Shown one piece after another: positions 1-9,993 of a stretch of 64,000 bases of DNA. A program made the position numbers and the translations under genes. This DNA is from Candidatus Obscuribacteraceae bacterium (lineage in GTDB: Bacteria; Cyanobacteriota; Vampirovibrionia; Obscuribacterales; Obscuribacteraceae): NCBI GenBank assembly GCA_044226015.1, contig JBGAHS010000007.1:32001-96000 (forward strand), in the 5' to 3' direction. Position 1 is the stretch's first letter. Every line of letters starts with the position of its first letter. The notes beneath the pieces were generated by a model. The model had not been told where the DNA came from and did no database searches. It saw only the letters and a list, made by a program, of their open reading frames with translations.

Positions 1-2018
1 GCAAGACCCAGTGCTATCAAGGCTACGGTTGTTGCCAACAGGTCAACGGCAGTCCAAGTATATTGTGGATTGCTTATTGCTGGAAGATATGTCATCAACA
101 TCGGAAGTTTCAAAAGCGCCATAAACACTGCAACACCGCCCATCACCTTTGGAATAGGAGAGGCTGGGGCACTGGGCGAAGCGTAAGAATTTTGGTTTCT
201 GTTTGGTAGGGAAGAGCCCTTCGACGGAAACGGAGAGTCAAAATCGTCATCGGCCGCATCATCAGCTAGAAGTTTTGAATGAAGCTTGGGTTTCGACGCT
301 GGTTTTGAAGTCGATTTTATTGCTTCTTTTGCAGCTGGTTCTGGCGCCGGTGCTTCTGCAAAAGGCGCTGGCGGAGGTGCTGATACAGCTTGCTTGGGAA
401 CGAAGGATGCAGCCGCTGGTGTTTGCGCCTGTTTTTCCTCTGGTGGCACAAATGAAGCAGGGTCTGGAATTCCTGCTGCAAGAGGCATTGACACAGGCAA
501 AACTGGACTCTGGCTCTGGCTGCTGCTCGAATCAGCTGCGTCGCCGCGCCTGTATCTGGTCATGTCTGGGAAGTCTTCATCAGGAGTCTGATTTTGTACT
601 ACATTGAACTGCGATGGGGGCGATGCCGGGGGCATTGCTGGTTTTGCCGGAGGCATAGACGGTGCGGCAGGTGCTGGAGAACCTTGCATCGGCTGTTGCG
701 GCGCTTGCGGCTGCATCTGCTGTTGATGCATTTGCTGCGGATTCATTGGTGCTTGACCAGGCATCCCTTGCGGGTGCCCGCCCATGGCTTGACCAGGATG
801 TGGCATTCCCTGTTGCTGTGGCATCATCGGCTGCTGCTGCATGGAGCCTTGCGGTTGTTGCGGCATTTGTGGGTGCTGAGCTCCCATTCCTGGCATAGGA
901 GGCGCGCCCCCAGCTGGACCTTGAGGAACTTGCATCTGATTTCCAGGCGGCAAGGTTGCCAGATTTGCATCTGGTTGAAACGCTGCACCTGCTTGCTGAG
1001 CTGGGTGTGCCGTCGCCATAGCCTGATGGGACGGCGGCTGATGTTGCGGATAATTAGCGGGCTGGTTAGCTGGAGCATGCATTGCTGGCTGCCCATGCAT
1101 TCCTTGCTGTCCTTGCGCCATGCCTGGCGGTTGTTGCGGTTTCGGCTTTGGCGCCCTGCCCGCTCCCGGAGCTTCATTCATCTTTGAACTCAATAGTGGC
1201 GAACGCAAAATATTTGGGTTGTCCTCATCTGCATAAGGATCTTCTTCATACTCATCATAATAATCTTGCCCGCCGCCACCACCTGCAGCTGCGAACATGG
1301 GAGAGCGAAGTCCGCTTCGTCCACCGGTCTGAGCACCGCCACCGCCTCCTCCCAAAATAGGTGAATGCAAACCACCTTTCCTCGGGGCTGGTTCATCGTA
1401 GTAGTCGCCATCGTCATCACCGCCACCCAGAAGTGGCGAATGCAGATGATGCTTACCACTTCCTGCTTGAGGTGGAGGTGTGTCTCCATGAGCCCCCGCG
1501 TCGCCCAGAAGAGGGGAATTCAAATGCTTCCCGCTTGGTGAGTTGCTGTCATGATGCACTCCATGAGAACCGGCATCTCCCAGAAGTGGCGAATGAAGGG
1601 GTCCACCACGACCACCGGTATGTTGCGGAGTTACAAAATCGTCTTCTCCTCCATCACCAAGCAATGGAGAATGCAAATGCTGCCTGCTCTGACCTTGTGC
1701 CCCGCGTCCGCGCTGCGGAGCCGGTGGCTCATCGAAATCATCTTCATCGCTGGCTAAGAGCGGTGAACGTAGTTTCTTTGCGGGTTTTTCTGGTGGACGA
1801 GACTGATTTTGATCTTGATTGGACATTTTTCTTAATCTATCTACTTCTATATTCTCTTGCCCTGACCCCAGCATCGGTGAAGAAAGTTTTGCTCCGGGAG
1901 GTCCTGGTGGTGCCTGTGCTGGTGGACCTCCTGGCGCCGGACCCAGTCGTGCCCCACACTCTGCGCAAAAGCGTGTTTGATCATCATTGATCATTTGACA
2001 TAGCGGGCACTGAATCAC
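1..2018 (-). CDS. Zinc-ribbon domain membrane protein with a long Pro/Gln/Gly-rich disordered region (3' end runs off the window)
   Basis: Not in the ORF track because there is no stop in the window. Read manually: AAGGAG RBS, then GTG at 2018 giving MIQCPLCQMINDDQTRFCAECGARLG (CxxC...CxxC). The frame is open at every spot check, and the last residues are hydrophobic (TWTAVDLLATTVALIALGL). Confidence 0.8.
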   Translation of the reverse strand, partial: MIQCPLCQMINDDQTRFCAECGARLGPAPGGPPAQAPPGPPGAKLSSPMLGSGQENIEVDRLRKMSNQDQNQSRPPEKPAKKLRSPLLASDEDDFDEPPAPQRGRGAQGQSRQHLHSPLLGDGGEDDFVTPQHTGGRGGPLHSPLLGDAGSHGVHHDSNSPSGKHLNSPLLGDAGAHGDTPPPQAGSGKHHLHSPLLGGGDDDGDYYDEPAPRKGGLHSPILGGGGGGAQTGGRSGLRSPMFAAAGGGGGQDYYDEYEEDPYADEDNPNILRSPLLSSKMNEAPGAGRAPKPKPQQPPGMAQGQQGMHGQPAMHAPANQPANYPQHQPPSHQAMATAHPAQQAGAAFQPDANLATLPPGNQMQVPQGPAGGAPPMPGMGAQHPQMPQQPQGSMQQQPMMPQQQGMPHPGQAMGGHPQGMPGQAPMNPQQMHQQQMQPQAPQQPMQGSPAPAAPSMPPAKPAMPPASPPSQFNVVQNQTPDEDFPDMTRYRRGDAADSSSSQSQSPVLPVSMPLAAGIPDPASFVPPEEKQAQTPAAASFVPKQAVSAPPPAPFAEAPAPEPAAKEAIKSTSKPASKPKLHSKLLADDAADDDFDSPFPSKGSSLPNRNQNSYASPSAPASPIPKVMGGVAVFMALLKLPMLMTYLPAISNPQYTWTAVDLLATTVALIALGL

Positions 2019-2331
2019 AAATGTTCTCCTTGGATGTCCAATCGGCGCTGTCAAGAGCGTCTGCGTTCATTAGAGCAATTTACATGCTGGTAATAACTTC
2101 AAAATTTGTTATCGGGCCAGCAAGTGGTTCTCTTCAGGCAGTTAGCAACCACCCATAGCCATTATGCCTTAATTTCATATGTATCGATGGGCAAATCTCA
2201 AAATCTCGTAATTTGTTTGACAAGGGGGTCATGCTAGACTGGCACACACTTCACCTTGACTAGGAGAAGTTTGGGAGAACTTTGAGGCGAAAGTCCCCAA
2301 TTGAATTGAGCTAGAGAGCAGGAGACTATTT

Positions 2332-3309
2332 ATGTCACGACGTGTGGGTCACGTACTTGCAGCATTCCTTTTATTGAGTCAAACCGTGTCTCCAATTTGG
2401 GCCGCTGATTCATCGCAAGTAAATTTCAAGATTTTTTCGCCTCCGGGTGCACAAGCTCCAGCAGCAGAAGAGACCAAACCAGCTGCTTCTGGAAGCGACT
2501 CGATGTGGACAGAAGGAGATGCCAGCACTCAGGCTCCTCCAGGTTCAACCCCAGAAACCCCAGCAGCTGAACCAGCTGCGGCTCCAGTAAGCTCTGAACC
2601 AGCAAGCTCAAGCACACCTACTACCGAAGTTGCTACGCCTAGCAGCACCGAAACCACCAGCACTGACTCAAGTACGAGTACTTCGACTTCAACTGATAGC
2701 ACAAGCAGCAGTACAGAAGAAGGTAAGGACAAAGTTCTCCAGGGCTATATTCGCGTAGTTCCATCAGGCACTAAAGTGCCAATTATCATGGACTCGGCTG
2801 TTGACAGTGACACATCGCAGGAAGGCGATGAATTCGCAGCAAGAACCGCAGAAGATCTCACAATCGACGGCAATACTTGTGTTCCGGCAGGCTCTGTTAT
2901 TAAGGGCAGAATTGCTCGTTTGAACGCACCTAAGCACCTCAACCGGTCAGGGTCCGTCGGCTTAAAGTTTGACACGATAACAACTCCAGACAATCGCCAG
3001 ATTCCTCTTTCCGCAACCCTCGTAGCACGAGGCGGAGTTGTTCATGCTCGTCGCGGTTTGAAAGATGTGGCAATCGACACAGGTACTGTAGTTGCACCAG
3101 CCCTGGTTGGCACCTTGATTGGCGCCGTGGCCGGAGCTTCAAACAGCAGCTCAAGTATTGGCGCCGGTGGCGGAATTCTGATCGGCGCTGCTGCAGGTAT
3201 CGCAATTGGAACAATCATTCTTTGCGCAAAGAAAGGGAAGCGCGTTGATGTGCGACCCGGCGATGAGTTGAAAATTGAATTGGCTGAAGATTTGCGAATG
3301 CCTATGTAA
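2332..3309 (+). CDS. Secreted protein with a TrbI/VirB10-like beta domain and a C-terminal glycine-zipper
   Basis: Signal peptide (…SPIWA-A), Ser/Thr-rich linker, then VPSGTKVPI…SQEGDEF…VPAGSVIKGRI…KFDTI pattern; GGAG RBS. Confidence 0.6.
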   Translation: MSRRVGHVLAAFLLLSQTVSPIWAADSSQVNFKIFSPPGAQAPAAEETKPAASGSDSMWTEGDASTQAPPGSTPETPAAEPAAAPVSSEPASSSTPTTEVATPSSTETTSTDSSTSTSTSTDSTSSSTEEGKDKVLQGYIRVVPSGTKVPIIMDSAVDSDTSQEGDEFAARTAEDLTIDGNTCVPAGSVIKGRIARLNAPKHLNRSGSVGLKFDTITTPDNRQIPLSATLVARGGVVHARRGLKDVAIDTGTVVAPALVGTLIGAVAGASNSSSSIGAGGGILIGAAAGIAIGTIILCAKKGKRVDVRPGDELKIELAEDLRMPM

Positions 3310-3347
3310 TCGGCAACAGCAAGTTTCTAAAACAAAGGTTCTAAAGC

Positions 3348-3372
3348 GAGGGCGGCATGCATTGCCGCCCTC
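3348..3372 (+). terminator. Stem-loop downstream of 2332..3309
   Basis: GAGGGCGGCA / TGCCGCCCTC 10-bp inverted repeat. Confidence 0.6.
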
Positions 3373-3835
3373 AGCGTTTGTGTAAATGAACATTTCGCTT
3401 CGATAGCAAGAAATTGGGCTATCTTTTGCCTATCTGTTTGATATGGAGAATGCAGGTTTTGCCAGCTCTGACGATGAATGGAACAATTTGATTCCACCCT
3501 CCACTAGGGGAAACCCTGAGAATTTGCCAGGGGCATTACTATCGGTATTTCGGCTCTACGAGTGTGGTAACTGTCGCCAGAATTTTTCAAAATAGAAACA
3601 TCAAGTGACACGCAAACTAGTGCGGATTCTAGTGTAGTTCGATAATATTCAAATGTAGAGTTCTGAAAGGCTGCAAAGTGGGGTTTACTGTCCAAACCAT
3701 TTAAGTTAAGATTAATCGTCTTTGCTTTTTTATTAGTACAGTATCCGGGACTCCCCCTTTTTACCAGCTCTTTCAATCTCCGGCTCTAAGAGCCAGGACT
3801 GTTGTATCCCAGGATAAAACCGAGAGCATATTTCT

Positions 3836-5668
3836 TTGATGACAAGCGCATCCATAAACCAGTCGAAAGACCCGAATACAGCAGCGATGATGTCCATCAT
3901 TCCTGGGTTGGGGCAAATGTATAACGGCGAAAGCAGGAAAGGCATGCTCTTTCTGTTAGTCGCCGCACTTAACGTGGTTCTCTTCATTGGAATGGCCTTC
4001 AACATTCCAATATTGGAAGCGCTTCTCTCGTTCGGCGCAAATTTCCACATGAAGCCGAACAAAATGCTCTTGATTGTGCTCAGAGAAGCCTATCTTGGCA
4101 GCCCGGTCTCTCTCATTTTATTGCTCTTCTTCGTCAGTTTTGTTATTTACGCTGTTCGAGATGCTTACGACCACGCTGCGATGAAGCGTCGTCGCATTTA
4201 TCCAGATTTCGTTATCGAGCTTCCTGAGGCTACAAGTGGTTCGTATATCTTCCACTTCTCGATAATGGTTGCGCTTTTCATCGTTGCGTTTTTCTTTGTC
4301 ATTCCGCCAATGCCGAAGAGCCAGCTTACTGAAATTGAGTTCGTTGATAATCAACCCAAGCAGAAGCAGCTTCAAAAGGTCCAAAGAAAATCACGTCATG
4401 ACTCAGTAAACTCCGGCAAACATGAGCCGAAGAAGCCAGTACAAGCTCCTCAGAATGCCGGTCAGAAAGCTCAGCAGCCGCAACAACATAAGGCACAAGA
4501 AAAGCAAGCTCCAGCAGCTTCTGCGCCCAAGGCTCCGGCACCATCGCCGCAACCACATGCAGCGCCTCCGACACCTCATCAGGCTCCAACTCCTCCGGCT
4601 CCACACCCTTCGCCGTCACCGAGTCCAGCGCCTCCAACTCCTCGGGCTCCATCGCCTATGCCTGTGATGCCCAGAATGAGTACTCCCTCACCTGCAGCAC
4701 CTTCGCCGTCGCCGATGAGAGCGCCTTCGCCAAGTCCGACTGCAATGCCAAGAATGGCTCCATCCCCAATGGCGATGCCTTCAGCGACTCCAATGCCAAT
4801 GGCGGCTGCACCTAAGTCTTTCTCTCCTTCAGCCGTACCAGCAATTGCTCCATCAGCATTGCCCAGAGCCGGAACTGGCGCTGCAATGCCGATGCCGACA
4901 GCTCGTCCAAGTGGTGGTGGCGCAACTGGACTACCAACTTTGGCACCTACTCCTATTGCAATGGGTTCAGGTGGCGCGGGCGGTGGAATGTCGAACTTTG
5001 CTCCCCTGGCTCGATCTGGCGGAAGTCAGGGCGGTGGCAGCTGGAGCGGTCCTACAGCACCAGGACCAGTAGCAGCTAGCTCTGGTGGCGGTGGTGGTGG
5101 CAAATCTGGTGGTGGTGGCGGTGGACCTGTGCCCGTAGCCATGAGCAGCGGCGGCGGTGGTGGTGGACACGGCTCTAGCGGTGGCTCCTCAGGTCCGGCA
5201 CCAGTTCGCGCTGGTCGCGGTGGTGGCGGCAACGGCGGCAATGGATGGTCCTCTGGTCCTATCAGCATTTCGCCTTCTGTTCCTCGTGGTGGTTCCGGTG
5301 GTGATGGAGCATCTGGAAACCCAGATGCGAACAACAACCCTGGTGGCAAGCCATCGGTCGCAGCTAACGCAGATGTTGACTTCGGACCTTACATGGCGGA
5401 CTTGCAAAGAAGAATCAAGCGTGCGTGGTTCCCACCACGTGGTCAAGAATCTCGCCGAGTTGTAGTTATTTTCAAAGTACATAGTGGAGGCGAACTCTCT
5501 GATTTGAGAATTGACAAATCTTCAGGTGTTGCAACTGCCGACCAGGCTGCCCTTGAAGCTGTCAGAAATGCTGCACCGTTCAGACCCCTTCCAAATGGAG
5601 CCCCTTCGGTTGTAGATATTCAGTTCACCTTCGATTACAACGTATTTTCAGGAGGCAGAGGCTTCTAA
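3836..5668 (+). CDS. tonB: TonB/TolA-family energy transducer with a multi-TM N-terminus
   Basis: Pro-rich then Gly-rich linker; C-terminal PYMADLQRRIKRAWFPP…SSG…DQAALEAVRNAAPFRPLP domain; directly upstream of exbB/exbD. Confidence 0.8.
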   Translation: MMTSASINQSKDPNTAAMMSIIPGLGQMYNGESRKGMLFLLVAALNVVLFIGMAFNIPILEALLSFGANFHMKPNKMLLIVLREAYLGSPVSLILLLFFVSFVIYAVRDAYDHAAMKRRRIYPDFVIELPEATSGSYIFHFSIMVALFIVAFFFVIPPMPKSQLTEIEFVDNQPKQKQLQKVQRKSRHDSVNSGKHEPKKPVQAPQNAGQKAQQPQQHKAQEKQAPAASAPKAPAPSPQPHAAPPTPHQAPTPPAPHPSPSPSPAPPTPRAPSPMPVMPRMSTPSPAAPSPSPMRAPSPSPTAMPRMAPSPMAMPSATPMPMAAAPKSFSPSAVPAIAPSALPRAGTGAAMPMPTARPSGGGATGLPTLAPTPIAMGSGGAGGGMSNFAPLARSGGSQGGGSWSGPTAPGPVAASSGGGGGGKSGGGGGGPVPVAMSSGGGGGGHGSSGGSSGPAPVRAGRGGGGNGGNGWSSGPISISPSVPRGGSGGDGASGNPDANNNPGGKPSVAANADVDFGPYMADLQRRIKRAWFPPRGQESRRVVVIFKVHSGGELSDLRIDKSSGVATADQAALEAVRNAAPFRPLPNGAPSVVDIQFTFDYNVFSGGRGF

Positions 5669-5777
5669 TAAGTTTTAGTGGCGCGACGAGAGTCACCCAA
5701 TTGCGGTAAAATGCGCCTGGTTGAGAGTGTGTAGTTGTAGTAGTGGTTCAGTTTAGTGGCCGTTCTCAGGAGAAACA

Positions 5778-6413
5778 ATGGACAGTAAGTTTTTTACCTA
5801 CTTTATGGAGTTCATGATTAAGGACTGGTTCGCATCCATTCCGATTACCATCTGCTCCATTCTCACGGTAGCCGTCGTTATTGAACGGTACCTCTATTAC
5901 CAGAAAAATCGCAGAGACGTATCAGCGTTCATCCACGCGCTTCAGCGCAATCTCGAACGCAACCAACTCCAAGCTGCACAGGCTGATTGCTCCAGACTTG
6001 GTGGAGTTGTCGGGGAAGTCGCAGAAGAAGGCGTACGTCTGATGGCTGAACAGAAAGAAGACTTCTCGAAAGCATTCGACATCACAGTTGGTCTTGTAAC
6101 CAGAAAGCTTGAGAAAAACCTGGCGATTCTGGGTACGATCGGTGCAACTTCTCCATTTATTGGACTGTTCGGAACTGTGGTTGGGGTTGTATTCACACTA
6201 GACCAACTGGGTGTGGGCGGCGGCGGTACACCGGTTGTAGTAACCGGGGTTGCTAAAGCGCTCATCGCTACAGGATACGGTCTGATTGTGGCGATTATGG
6301 CGGTAATCTTCAATAATACATATACGAATACCGTTAAGCGCTTCAACGATGACTTCCTGCTTTTGAAGCTTCTATTCTTGAGCTTCGTTAGCGCTGAGTC
6401 CCACGAACGCTAA
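5778..6413 (+). CDS. exbB: MotA/TolQ/ExbB proton channel protein
   Basis: LGTIGATSPFIGLFGTVVG and ALIATGYGLIVAI motifs. Confidence 0.9.
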   Translation: MDSKFFTYFMEFMIKDWFASIPITICSILTVAVVIERYLYYQKNRRDVSAFIHALQRNLERNQLQAAQADCSRLGGVVGEVAEEGVRLMAEQKEDFSKAFDITVGLVTRKLEKNLAILGTIGATSPFIGLFGTVVGVVFTLDQLGVGGGGTPVVVTGVAKALIATGYGLIVAIMAVIFNNTYTNTVKRFNDDFLLLKLLFLSFVSAESHER

Positions 6414-6439
6414 GATCAATCAGTACGGGGTGATACGCG

Positions 6440-6871
6440 ATGTCAATTTCCGCTTCGGGTGGATCAAACTTTGAAGAAATCAACGTCACTCCTCTGACTG
6501 ACGTGTTCCTGGTGCTTCTTGTAATCATGATCTTGATTGCTCCGATCATCGATAAATCAGAGTTGAAGATCAAGCCTCCAGATACTCGTAATGCAAAGAA
6601 AGACGAGGAAAGTAAAGGCATCACTATCGACGTGGACAAAGAAGGCAAAATTGCAGTCAATGGTCGTGAGGTTCCTAAGGACTCTCGACCTGAAGTCTTG
6701 CAAGAACTGATGAAAGAGTTTCAGAAAAAGACTGGAAAAGAGGACGTACCAGTCACCGTCAACGCGGATGCTGAAGCTCGCCAAAGAGATGTAGTAGCAA
6801 TAATGTCCGCCGCTGCGGCGGTTGGCATTAAGAGAATGCGTGTTGCCACCATGCAATCTAGCAGCTACTAA
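6440..6871 (+). CDS. exbD: ExbD/TolR biopolymer transport protein
   Basis: EINVTPLTDVFLVLLVIM N-terminal TM motif with the conserved Asp. Confidence 0.9.
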   Translation: MSISASGGSNFEEINVTPLTDVFLVLLVIMILIAPIIDKSELKIKPPDTRNAKKDEESKGITIDVDKEGKIAVNGREVPKDSRPEVLQELMKEFQKKTGKEDVPVTVNADAEARQRDVVAIMSAAAAVGIKRMRVATMQSSSY

Positions 6872-7759
6872 ATGTCTTTGAGACTCGGTCTCATTGGTCA
6901 CCCGGTTAGTCATTCATTATCGCCGCCTATGCATAAGGCGGCGTTATCTTTTTTTGGACTGGCTGGCTCTTACGAGTTGCTTGACCTGGACTGTTCCGGC
7001 GCTGAGCTCAAAGCCGCGATTCTCGCTTTGCCAGAGCAGGGCTTCTCTGGTTTCAACATCACCATTCCGCATAAGCAGGTAGCCTTCGAGATAATTGAGT
7101 CTAGCCCCGAAGCTGCAATGCTCGAGGCTGCTAATACTGTTCGCATCGACTCATCTGGCGAAATGTTTGCTCATAATACAGATTTTCCCGGGGTCAGGCT
7201 CGCGCTAGAAGCTGTTTTGAAAGAGCAAAATGTGATCAGCTCGGGTTTATCCAGCGGAAAACTCAAACCCATCGTATTAGGCTTTGGAGGCGCTGCTAGA
7301 GCATGCATTGCCGCTCTGCTTGATCTTGGCGCGCAAAGTGTTTTGATTGGCGTTAGGGATCCAGCAAAAGTTGAAGCAAGTAGTAAGGCGCTTGAGTCTC
7401 GCATCTCATCCTATCTACAACGCAGTTGCCAAATTGAATTGTCTACTTTTGAAGAGCTTCGAACCCGCGATTTGTCTTTGTTGATGAATTGCACTCCAAT
7501 TGGTCTGAGCGCTGAAGAACCCCTTCCTTCTTGGATTTCTCAGGTTTTTTGCCGAGAGAATGCTGAGCAAATCTTCTTCTTCGACACCGTCTACAAGCGT
7601 GATAGGTCTGCGACCTTGCTGATGCAATACGCTCAAAAGCAAGGCATAGCCTGCTGCGACGGTTTGATGATGCTGGTTGAGCAGGCTGCTCTGGCATTTG
7701 AATTTTGGACTCAGCGTCAGATACATTCAAAGCATATGCTGCAAGCGCTGGAATATTAG
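6872..7759 (+). CDS. aroE: Shikimate dehydrogenase
   Basis: GHPVSHSLSPPMH, GFNITIPHK, ANT…HNTD, GxGGAARA, DGLMMLVEQA motifs. Confidence 0.93.
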   Translation: MSLRLGLIGHPVSHSLSPPMHKAALSFFGLAGSYELLDLDCSGAELKAAILALPEQGFSGFNITIPHKQVAFEIIESSPEAAMLEAANTVRIDSSGEMFAHNTDFPGVRLALEAVLKEQNVISSGLSSGKLKPIVLGFGGAARACIAALLDLGAQSVLIGVRDPAKVEASSKALESRISSYLQRSCQIELSTFEELRTRDLSLLMNCTPIGLSAEEPLPSWISQVFCRENAEQIFFFDTVYKRDRSATLLMQYAQKQGIACCDGLMMLVEQAALAFEFWTQRQIHSKHMLQALEY

Positions 7760-7834
7760 GGCTCGTCAGCGCAAGTACGCACGGCTATAATAGTAGTGGA
7801 CTCTGGCGATTTTACTAAGGGTACGGGCACGTCA

Positions 7835-8407
7835 ATGATTTGGGATGGATTCCTCTCGCTGGTCTTGGTTTCGTTGTGCTTAGCAGGTTGGAACGTTGGA
7901 TTGATCAACTCGTGGCGTGGACCCATTGCAATGTTGATAGCCACAATAGCTACACAACAGTTCTACATTGATTTCGGAACCTGGATAGCGCAGCAGACTC
8001 TCTGCCAGCCGCAACTTGCAGGTTTCTTTGGCTACACGATGATGTGGTTGGTAGTCGAGATTGTTACCGAGATTATTCTAGGTCTTGTCCTTACCTGGAA
8101 TCGCAAAGAACGCCCGATTCTTTTTGACAGAATCGGTGGCGTCATTTTGGCAGGGGTTAGATGGGCTGTAATCTGCACACTGCCTATGATGGTCATGAAT
8201 CAGACACCAAACAGAATTCCCGAGCCCCCGAAAAAGGAAGACGGGCTCATCAATGAAATGAAGCTGGGCGTCAGCGACTCGGGGCTTTTGAAATTTTTCG
8301 CAGAAATTGGTGATGGAATGAGACCATCATTAGGTTCCTTAGTGCTTTCGACTAAGTCACCGAGTTTCAAACCTAATTGGGATAAACCCAAGGTCGAACT
8401 CAAGTAA
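7835..8407 (+). CDS. CvpA (colicin V production) family membrane protein
   Basis: MIWD… start, GWNVGLI, four TM segments, DRIGGVILAGVR motif; start placed at ATG 7835. Confidence 0.65.
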   Translation: MIWDGFLSLVLVSLCLAGWNVGLINSWRGPIAMLIATIATQQFYIDFGTWIAQQTLCQPQLAGFFGYTMMWLVVEIVTEIILGLVLTWNRKERPILFDRIGGVILAGVRWAVICTLPMMVMNQTPNRIPEPPKKEDGLINEMKLGVSDSGLLKFFAEIGDGMRPSLGSLVLSTKSPSFKPNWDKPKVELK

Positions 8408-8430
8408 GGTACAGAGATCTTGCGCCCGAT

Positions 8431-8632
8431 GGGATCCGATTAGAGGTGAGTTAGGATCTCCGCAGCTTCCAGCCTGCATCTAAAACAGGTTCGAAGGGAT
8501 CCGATTAGAAGTGAGTTGGGATCTCATTTGGGAGCACAGTCCTGCAACCTGCATCTAAAACAGGTTCGGCGGGATCCATTTAGAGGTGAGTTGGGATCTC
8601 TTTTGGGAGCGCAGCTTCCAGCCCTGCATCTA
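8431..8632. repeat. REP/BIME-like array of three 30-bp units with conserved linkers
   Basis: GGGATCC-N16-GGATCTC units at 8431, 8496 and 8571, each followed by a …CCTGCATCTA linker; lies between convergent genes. Confidence 0.8.
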
Positions 8633-8646
8633 GCACAACAGGGAAC

Positions 8647-8994
8647 CTAGAATACGTTATAGCTCTGTCCCTGAAAGAATATTGGAACGAGTTGCATTGC
8701 CAGTCCGAGCTCTCCATCAATGGCGAGCATTCCAGACATTGCTGCTGTCATTGCAGATAACTTACCTTCCATAATCATTTGCAGGTCTTCAGCTGAAATC
8801 GAAATTGTGCAATCGGGCGAAGGAGAGCTGCCATGCTCATATTGTGAGATGTCCAGCGTTCCATTATCTATTTTTGTCAACCAAGGACCATCTTCAATCC
8901 CTGTAATCTGAAGAAGGTATGTTGCTGAAACATTTTGAGCCGCGTTGCTGTTGAAACGCTTTTTCAATTCTTCCATTGGTTGAGCGCTAATCAC
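8647..8994 (-). CDS. SCP-2 sterol/lipid-binding domain protein
   Basis: PDCTISISAEDL…GKLSAMTAAMSGMLAIDGELGLAMQL, typical of SCP2. Confidence 0.85.
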   Translation of the reverse strand: MISAQPMEELKKRFNSNAAQNVSATYLLQITGIEDGPWLTKIDNGTLDISQYEHGSSPSPDCTISISAEDLQMIMEGKLSAMTAAMSGMLAIDGELGLAMQLVPIFFQGQSYNVF

Positions 8995-9173
8995 AATTTC
9001 TCCTTGCGCAGTGCCTGCGCTTCATTTGAAGATAGGGTCATTGACAGAGTATTAAAGACGCTGATTATAACTCAGTCTTAGCGAGCCAAGGCATTATGAG
9101 GAAATTTTTGTTGATTTCTAGTAATGACTTACGTAAACTCGCCCTCTAAAGATGTTCAGCTAAAGGTGCGCTA

Positions 9174-9872
9174 ATGGTTGATAGCAACGAGCAATCTGAA
9201 AAGAAGCCAAATCAATCAAATTGGCAGAAAAATAGACCAAAGCGTCCTCGCGCGTCGATGCAGCTTGTCGACAAGATTTTGCCTTCAGTTATGACTGGTC
9301 TTGGGCTAGACCGACGTATGAAAGAGCATGCATTGATGCAGGTCTGGCCGAGCTTCTTGCCTGTTGCCTTGTCTGAAAAGAGTCGTCCCTTGTTTATGGA
9401 CAATCAGCAAAATCTTGTCATTTCAGCGAGTAACGCTGCCGTGGCACAAGAAATTAGCTTGATGAAAAATAAGCTTTTGCAGAGTTTGAAGATGACGGCT
9501 CGCTCGTTAGGTGTTGAATTGAATGGGCTGCGTGTCGAAATGAAGAACTATCATCAGCCGCTTGAGCCAGAGCTTGCGGAAGCTGCACCGCTTCCGCAAG
9601 CTTCTGAAGAAGACCTGGATCTGGTTGAACTGAACGCAAATGATAAGCAACTCATAGTAGATCTTTCTAAGCAGCTCGCTGAAAATTCAGAATTTGAATC
9701 TGGATTGAAGATGAAAGCTCTCAAAGCTTACGAGCGGCAGCTTCGTCTTGCCCAATGGCGGCGCGTTATGGGATTTCCGGTTTGCCCACTCTGCTCAAAC
9801 CCTGTGCCCAGATTATATGAGCTGGATATGCATAAACTTTGCTTTAGCTGCTGGGCGGCAGCGAAGATTTGA
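9174..9872 (+). CDS. DUF721/DciA family protein with a C-terminal Zn finger
   Basis: W…S.P…LVISASNAAVAQEISLMKNKLL DUF721 pattern; C-terminal CPLC…CFSC. Confidence 0.7.
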   Translation: MVDSNEQSEKKPNQSNWQKNRPKRPRASMQLVDKILPSVMTGLGLDRRMKEHALMQVWPSFLPVALSEKSRPLFMDNQQNLVISASNAAVAQEISLMKNKLLQSLKMTARSLGVELNGLRVEMKNYHQPLEPELAEAAPLPQASEEDLDLVELNANDKQLIVDLSKQLAENSEFESGLKMKALKAYERQLRLAQWRRVMGFPVCPLCSNPVPRLYELDMHKLCFSCWAAAKI

Positions 9873-9993
9873 ATGCTCTCAAGGTACCTCGTGACTTCTG
9901 TGTTATTATTCAGTCCAAATCTGGAAATGCTGTCCTCTAAAAGTTTTTGCGGACAGGTATTGCGGACACTGTTTGGAGAGCTGAGGTAACCCT

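Noticed and set aside
203..1990. Plus-strand ORFs in the track
   Set aside because: They are antisense shadows of the long minus-strand zinc-ribbon gene.
8431..8632. CRISPR-like pattern (30-bp repeats with 35/45-bp gaps)
   Set aside because: The gaps resemble each other (CCTGCATCTAAAACAGGTTCG), there are only three units, and no cas genes are in the window.
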